Assembly (NCBI GenBank): GCA_036339465.1
Contig: JAYZAY010000016.1
Location: forward strand, 1 to 43,177
DNA from: Myxococcota bacterium
GTDB taxonomy: Bacteria; Myxococcota; XYA12-FULL-58-9; JABJBS01
Reading direction: 5' to 3'
Length of the DNA stretch: 43,177 nt
The notes beneath the pieces were generated by a model. It was not told where the DNA came from and did not search any database. It was given only the letters and a program-made list of their open reading frames with translations. Both the position numbers and the translations under genes were made by a program. Of the stretch, positions 38,017 to 43,177 are shown piece after piece. How positions within the stretch are numbered: position 1 is the stretch's first letter; every line of letters begins with the position of its first letter.

Positions 38017-39294
38017 ATGGGAACTCTCTATCTCCTAAGTGCATGTTTATTGTTGGGGAGCCCGACTCCCGATAAAACCCTGATTATCAAGATCGGGGAT
38101 ACCATCGACGCGAACTTGGAAAAAGGGCTTCAATCTTTCCAGCAAGAGCGGGTGGAGTTTGTTTATTTACCTATTCGCGAATTGTTAGAGCAAGAGATGG
38201 GGTTTGCCTTTGATGAAAAGGTAACCGATGCGAGTCTAAAAAAATTATTTGATGATGCCCGAAACCTAGAGCAAACAACTTTCGGCAAAGAAAAGGAAAT
38301 CCAGGCCCTTCGCGAGCAAATTATTGAGGGTTACCAGAGAATTTTATGGCCATCCAGGGATAGTTTTCGGGTTATTGCTTCCACGAGTCTTGATATAGCA
38401 GCAGCTACCTTCAGCGAAGGGAAGGAAGAGTTCGCTTCGCGATTGGCTCTGCAGGCTCTCATTGATTTTGATGATCCTAAAATTGATCGGGATTATTACA
38501 ACCCCTCGGTTCAGGAATTATTTTCCGATGTCAGAAATCAACTCACGGATCGGAAACGTTCCACCGTTGAGGTGATGTCGCCTAGCCCAGGGCGGGTCTT
38601 TTATATGGGGCAGGAAATCGGCTCTGTGAATGCGGCCATCGCTATGCCCCAGGGAAAACACCGCGTGTGGTCAGCTCTTAATGAAAAACGGTCCTTGCCC
38701 CGATTGATTAAAGTACAAGATGGTCTGAAGATGGTGAATCTCGATGCGGATTTAGAGTGCCGAATTCTACTTGGGGAGAAGGTGTCTTTTCAATGTGAGG
38801 ATAATTGTCCCAAGTATCTCAGTGCTCTAGGTTCCTGGTTGAAGGTGGACCGGGTGGTGGGTATTGCGTCAATTGGCGATTCTTCAAGTTTTACGGTGTT
38901 TCAAGTGGAGATTAAGAATAATCGCTTTACCAAGTACACCTATCTACCAGGGACCCGCTATGAGGTGCTTTCGGACCCTTGGTATAAAGTGCCCATGAAT
39001 TACTCGCCCTTTGGGTTGGCTCAATTGAATCAAGGGAGAGTATTGCCAGCGGTGGCGGTGGCGCTATTGCAAGTGGGGACACTCGGGTGGCATTTACAAG
39101 CGGTTTCGTCCCATCAGTCTGCCCTTGAGGATAGGACTCTAACCCAAAGCGACCGAGAGGGGGCCCTGGCCATGCGCAATGTTTCAGCGGGACTTTTTTA
39201 TACGGCGATTTTGGCGGGGGTTGCCGAAGCGCTTATCGTTGATTGGTTGGATGATTCGGAGCCCGTTGAAGATTCGACGATTTTTCCGTGGTAG
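38017..39294 (+). CDS. Hypothetical exported protein with C-terminal hydrophobic segments, probable partner of the kinase
   Basis: About 425 aa, signal peptide-like N-terminus, PEGA-like centre (GRVFYMGQEIG...PQGKHRVW), C-terminal PFGLAQ followed by TM segments. Confidence 0.75.
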   Translation: MGTLYLLSACLLLGSPTPDKTLIIKIGDTIDANLEKGLQSFQQERVEFVYLPIRELLEQEMGFAFDEKVTDASLKKLFDDARNLEQTTFGKEKEIQALREQIIEGYQRILWPSRDSFRVIASTSLDIAAATFSEGKEEFASRLALQALIDFDDPKIDRDYYNPSVQELFSDVRNQLTDRKRSTVEVMSPSPGRVFYMGQEIGSVNAAIAMPQGKHRVWSALNEKRSLPRLIKVQDGLKMVNLDADLECRILLGEKVSFQCEDNCPKYLSALGSWLKVDRVVGIASIGDSSSFTVFQVEIKNNRFTKYTYLPGTRYEVLSDPWYKVPMNYSPFGLAQLNQGRVLPAVAVALLQVGTLGWHLQAVSSHQSALEDRTLTQSDREGALAMRNVSAGLFYTAILAGVAEALIVDWLDDSEPVEDSTIFPW

Positions 39295-39400
39295 GGAACA
39301 ATTTTCAGGGGTATTTGCATTGTAGGATTATTCTGGTGCATTTTGTTGAATATTGTATGGTTTATATTGACAGTCTACCTCGTAGCCCCGCGTTTTGTTC

Positions 39401-39787
39401 TTATTCGTTTTCTCGATAGGAACGGTGGTGTCGCAGGATGACCCACTTATGGTATAAGCGATGAACGCAGTATGGTTTAAGTGTCAAAATGGGTCTGTTG
39501 TTGTTCGCTATGATAACGATATCGATGGTCTTTTCGAAGGTTGTTACCCAGCCGTTCGCTACGACGGTTAGGGAATCTGCTTTGAATCTGTTTTCAATGG
39601 ATGCTAGTTGGATTTCAATAGAGTGAGTCTTGAGTGAAAACTGCATGATGGCAGATGTTTCTGGTTCGATGGAATAGGTGCCCACTTGGGTTTGCTCCTC
39701 AGGGGGGATGTCGGTCGAAGTAATGAATATTTTGGCGGTCCCAAAGTCCCAGTCGAGGGTGGTCGTTCCAGATAAGGTAAATTCAGA
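39401..39787 (-). pseudogene. Out-of-frame 3' continuation of the Ig-like repeat gene
   Basis: After the C6 run (G6 at 39788-39793) the shifted frame reads SEFTLSG...DFGTAKIFI...EEQTQVGTYSIEPETSAI...NNNRPI, paralogous to the in-frame repeat RFTIEK...DFGTITISI...NEQEQTVTYSVEPSSSAL...NDEPI. Confidence 0.8.
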
Positions 39788-41789
39788 GGGGGGCGTCGAT
39801 ACTTACCACGGTAATGGTTATTTGAGCCACGCTACTTTGAAGTACCCCATTTTCTTCGGTATCCCCATCGTCGGTGACGTAAAATTCAAAACCATCGTTG
39901 CCGTGGGTGTGCAAATTAGGATGATAGTACAGGCTACTCGAATTGAGTGGGAAGGGAAGAACATCGAAGGTAATGGCATGCCCGTCTGCGGTTTCGCTTA
40001 AGGTGCCTTGGTTGGGGAGGGAAGATAGATAATAACTGAGCGCCTGTATGTCTTCATCACCATCGTGGGTGACCAAGGTGATGGCTAAGGGGGTATTCTC
40101 ATGGGTTTCGAGGCTCTGACTTTTGGCGATGGGCTCGTCATTGGGCGCAGATACGGTGATGGTGAAGTTTTCCACCGTGAATTTCCCCAGGCCATCATCG
40201 GCGACGATATTTAAAGTGACGGTTCCCGATTTTGCTTCGATGGAGTGTAAGTTTAGTTTTGGTGGGGTGGTGTCGAGGGAATATTCGATAAGCGCAGAAC
40301 TAGATGGTTCCACGGAATAAGTAACCGTTTGTTCTTGTTCGTTGGTGGGCACAGCATCAGGTATAATCGAAATGGTGATTGTACCAAAATCCTCCATCAA
40401 GTCTTCAGGTTTTTCGATGGTAAAACGGGGGAGGTCGTTGATGGGAGAAACGTTAATCGTAATTTGCGCAGCGCTGCTTTCGTCAATGTCGCCTTGGTCG
40501 GTGCTCCCATTATTGGTGGCCTTAAAAGTGAAATTATCGTTGCCAAAATAGTCAGGATTGGGGAGGTAGTTGAGGCGGTCGGCGTCGAGTTGGATTGGGA
40601 GACCTGAGTCTTTGATGGCGGTGCCACCACTGCTTTTGGATAGAACGCCATGGGCGGGTAGGGCGGTCACGAAATAGTGGAGTAGCTCGTTGGCTTCGCT
40701 ATCAGCATAGGAAGCGGATAAAATTATTTCCACTTCTTTATCTTCATCAACGTCCACGTTTTGAGCTTCGGCCATGGGGGCAGCATTCACCGGATTGACG
40801 TTGATGATTATTTCCCCTGGGGCACTCGTATTCTGCCCTCCATTTTCAACACCACCAGTATCTTCCACCACGTAGAAGAAGTTGATGGGGCCGGCGTGGC
40901 TCGTCTCGGCGCTATAGTTAAGGTTGACAGAGTTGAGAACTAAGGGAAGTTGTTGGTTCAAAATGGGAGATTGTTCACCATCCTGAGTGAGTGTGCCAGG
41001 ACTTGGCAGCGATTTGAGAATATAGATGAGTGTTTGTTCTTCGTCTTCGTCTCCGTCGTCTCCGGTGAGGGTTATTTCAACGCTTTCACCCTTGTTGACT
41101 TCCACGGTTTGGTCTACTGCGTTGGGGGCGTCGTTTACCGGTGTGACGAGGATGGTGATGGTTCCCAGTTCGCTATCGTCTAATTTTAAGGCGCTTGGAG
41201 GTCCTACTCGCTTATTTTGCTTGACCACAAAAGTGAAAGTCTGTTCCTCGACACTGTTTGGGTGGGTCTGGAAAAAGATTGTTGGTGGGTCATTCCGTAT
41301 GTCTAAGGGTATTCGATTTTCGATGGGACCACTCTCGCTTATACGCAGGGAACCTGATTGGGGGTATGAGCGCAAGGAACAAAAGGTGTTGATTATTGAG
41401 TTGTCGGAGACTTCGGCCTTCAGGTAGATGGCGGTCGAAATGTCTTCAATGACGGTGACACTTTCCGATATTGCTAGCAAGGTGGTTTGGGATGTTTGAC
41501 CCGTGCTGTCTTCTGCTGACTGACTACCATCGGTGTTGACCGATTCGGATTCATCGATTTGAGACCCGGTCATGGTTGGATCGGTGTTGGTCGATTCGGA
41601 TTCATCGACTTGAGACTCGGTGTCGGTCGATTCGGATTCATCGATTTGAGACTCGGTCATGGTAGAATCGGTGTTGATCGCTTCGGATTCATCGAATTGA
41701 GGCGCGGTTATGGTAGAAAAACAGGCACCGGGAGAGAAAAGAACAAACCCTAGGAGATATAATTGGGGTCTCAGTCGGTAGAACAGCAT
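39783..41789 (-). CDS. Lipoprotein with tandem cadherin-like/bacterial Ig-like repeats (truncated by frameshift)
   Basis: Lipobox-like PGAC; repeats bounded by PVNDAP, PVNAAP, PINDLP, APNDEP; YLPNPDYFGNDNFTF. Confidence 0.88.
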   Translation of the reverse strand: MLFYRLRPQLYLLGFVLFSPGACFSTITAPQFDESEAINTDSTMTESQIDESESTDTESQVDESESTNTDPTMTGSQIDESESVNTDGSQSAEDSTGQTSQTTLLAISESVTVIEDISTAIYLKAEVSDNSIINTFCSLRSYPQSGSLRISESGPIENRIPLDIRNDPPTIFFQTHPNSVEEQTFTFVVKQNKRVGPPSALKLDDSELGTITILVTPVNDAPNAVDQTVEVNKGESVEITLTGDDGDEDEEQTLIYILKSLPSPGTLTQDGEQSPILNQQLPLVLNSVNLNYSAETSHAGPINFFYVVEDTGGVENGGQNTSAPGEIIINVNPVNAAPMAEAQNVDVDEDKEVEIILSASYADSEANELLHYFVTALPAHGVLSKSSGGTAIKDSGLPIQLDADRLNYLPNPDYFGNDNFTFKATNNGSTDQGDIDESSAAQITINVSPINDLPRFTIEKPEDLMEDFGTITISIIPDAVPTNEQEQTVTYSVEPSSSALIEYSLDTTPPKLNLHSIEAKSGTVTLNIVADDGLGKFTVENFTITVSAPNDEPIAKSQSLETHENTPLAITLVTHDGDEDIQALSYYLSSLPNQGTLSETADGHAITFDVLPFPLNSSSLYYHPNLHTHGNDGFEFYVTDDGDTEENGVLQSSVAQITITVVSIDAPL
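41529..41700. repeat. Four acidic Q(I/V/F)DESE repeats in the lipoprotein N-terminal tether
   Basis: TTCGGATTCATCGA at 41544, 41595, 41631, 41682 (spacing 51/36/51). Confidence 0.9.
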
Positions 41790-42341
41790 TTATTCGATTC
41801 CAAAGGTCGTTTCGGGTTTTCGAAGTCGTGAATTGGAACTGCAGTATTCCCTAAAAGTTTAACCGATTTTTCGCGGTTGTCACCACTCTTTTTTTGGTTG
41901 AAACCACATCCGCAGACTTTGTCTTACCTGGGGTCTGGGAGGGTTTCTTTGGTGGCAATTGATATTGGGCGGTGCCGCTCCGGATGCATTGGTTCACCAT
42001 TCAAGTCGTATTGCCACGGAAGGTGGCACTTACCGGAATCCAACAAAGCAGAACCGTCGGTTTTGAAACGCGCCAGCCTAAATATAGGGGCGAATATCGG
42101 ATAAGCTTGGCTGTTTTTGGCTCTGTTGAGAGAATCAAAGAACCTGCCGCAACAGTTATTGACAAAACCCCGAGGGTCTAAAAAGTAAATAAGCATCACC
42201 GATGCCCTTCAAATCCTGTGACCACTTTGGTCGATCCCGGAGCTGTCAGATTACTGGAACCAGACATGTTTTGAGGAAAACCATCCACGGTCCATGCCTT
42301 GTCTCTTAGGGAATCATTGTTGAGGAGTGCCCTTTAGTGCA

Positions 42342-43175
42342 CTACTGGTTTCGATTGATAAGTGGCTTTGAAGTAAGTCTTGGGGCTTGTATGTCACGGA
42401 GCGGTTTTAGTGCTGGATTATCCTTCGAAATACAGGAAATGAGGTTATCAAGAATCTGAGTTTTTTCGGAATTCGAAACATAGGTTGCACGCATTGAACA
42501 TACCCCAAGAAAGGCTTGTTGCAAATCGGCACGACTCAGTTGTTCTTTTCCAACCCGAAAGAAATGACGAATTGGGTTCGCAAATTGTTTGTCATTGAGG
42601 ATACTTATTCCTGAGCTAAACATTCTCGGAAGGGTTTGGGAGAAAAGTCCTGCTTTCTGCAACTCAAAACCGTTTTCATCAAACCACAGCTTTGCACCGG
42701 GGTTCTTTCTTAGCGCAATCAGGGTACTTAAGTTGTGAAAAAGAACATCATCAAAGATGGCTGGTTCACTCTGGGCGATTTCCTGAACTGTCTCGGCTGG
42801 AAAATCAATGGACAAATCGCAATGCTTAGAATCTTTTGAAGCTCCTAGCCCAGGTAACTCACGGGTCGGATGCGTATGGTCTCTCGAATCCTTTATCGAT
42901 AAGGTCTTTGGTTTAGATAAGGCTTCATCGGGTATGGTCGAATGTTGAAGTGTCTTTATGGTTAGCGCAATCGCAGCAGTAAGGTTATCATCTGAAAAAT
43001 CATCTTTATCCAATGATGACGTAGTCTTTGCATAAATCCGTTTTGATTCAGCAAGCTGTGCTCTCAGGGCGTCAATTTCTTGCTCCTTGGTGGTGCGAAG
43101 GCGGCGGATGTCTTTCTGAAATTGCTGCAAGGCATGTTCTGAGTCACCCTTTAGAAGTGCATTTTCTCGCTTGAG
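42342..43175 (-). CDS. Hypothetical coiled-coil protein, 5' end outside the window
   Basis: The frame stays open to the window edge (LKRENALLKGDSEHALQQF...); heptad region followed by a globular C-terminal domain. Confidence 0.75.
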   Translation of the reverse strand, partial: LKRENALLKGDSEHALQQFQKDIRRLRTTKEQEIDALRAQLAESKRIYAKTTSSLDKDDFSDDNLTAAIALTIKTLQHSTIPDEALSKPKTLSIKDSRDHTHPTRELPGLGASKDSKHCDLSIDFPAETVQEIAQSEPAIFDDVLFHNLSTLIALRKNPGAKLWFDENGFELQKAGLFSQTLPRMFSSGISILNDKQFANPIRHFFRVGKEQLSRADLQQAFLGVCSMRATYVSNSEKTQILDNLISCISKDNPALKPLRDIQAPRLTSKPLINRNQ

Positions 43176-43177
43176 TG

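Overview
Bacterial DNA of roughly 50% GC, with a gene content suggesting a Myxococcota/deltaproteobacterial-type lineage (eukaryote-like Ser/Thr kinase with PEGA-like tail, DUF6901, multi-receiver cyclase); this placement is inference. I saw no rRNA, tRNA, CRISPR array, transposase or integrase. The window holds about 25 mostly unlinked accessory genes (signalling proteins, two aminotransferases, sulfatase, RIO1 kinase, AAA+ ATPase, lipoproteins, orphans), long spacers and several decayed genes (flagellin, TatD, RlmD-like, frameshifted Ig-like protein). The standout is a two-gene minus-strand module at 29.4-32.9 kb: a ParA ATPase with an N-terminal extension and no ParB in the window, followed by a 767-aa winged-helix protein. 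That gene carries about 33 co-oriented copies of GAGGT(T/C)C read in all three frames, including four beside an AT-rich tract just after the HTH, the layout of the origin inside lambda O. The + strand also appears to switch from C/A-rich to G/T-rich at this gene. Together these suggest an uncharacterised ParA + intragenic-iteron initiator acting as origin and possibly partition locus of a large replicon (chromid or megaplasmid). A second, weaker theme is a set of orphan effector-like genes, some preceded by sigma28- or sigma54-like promoter motifs.
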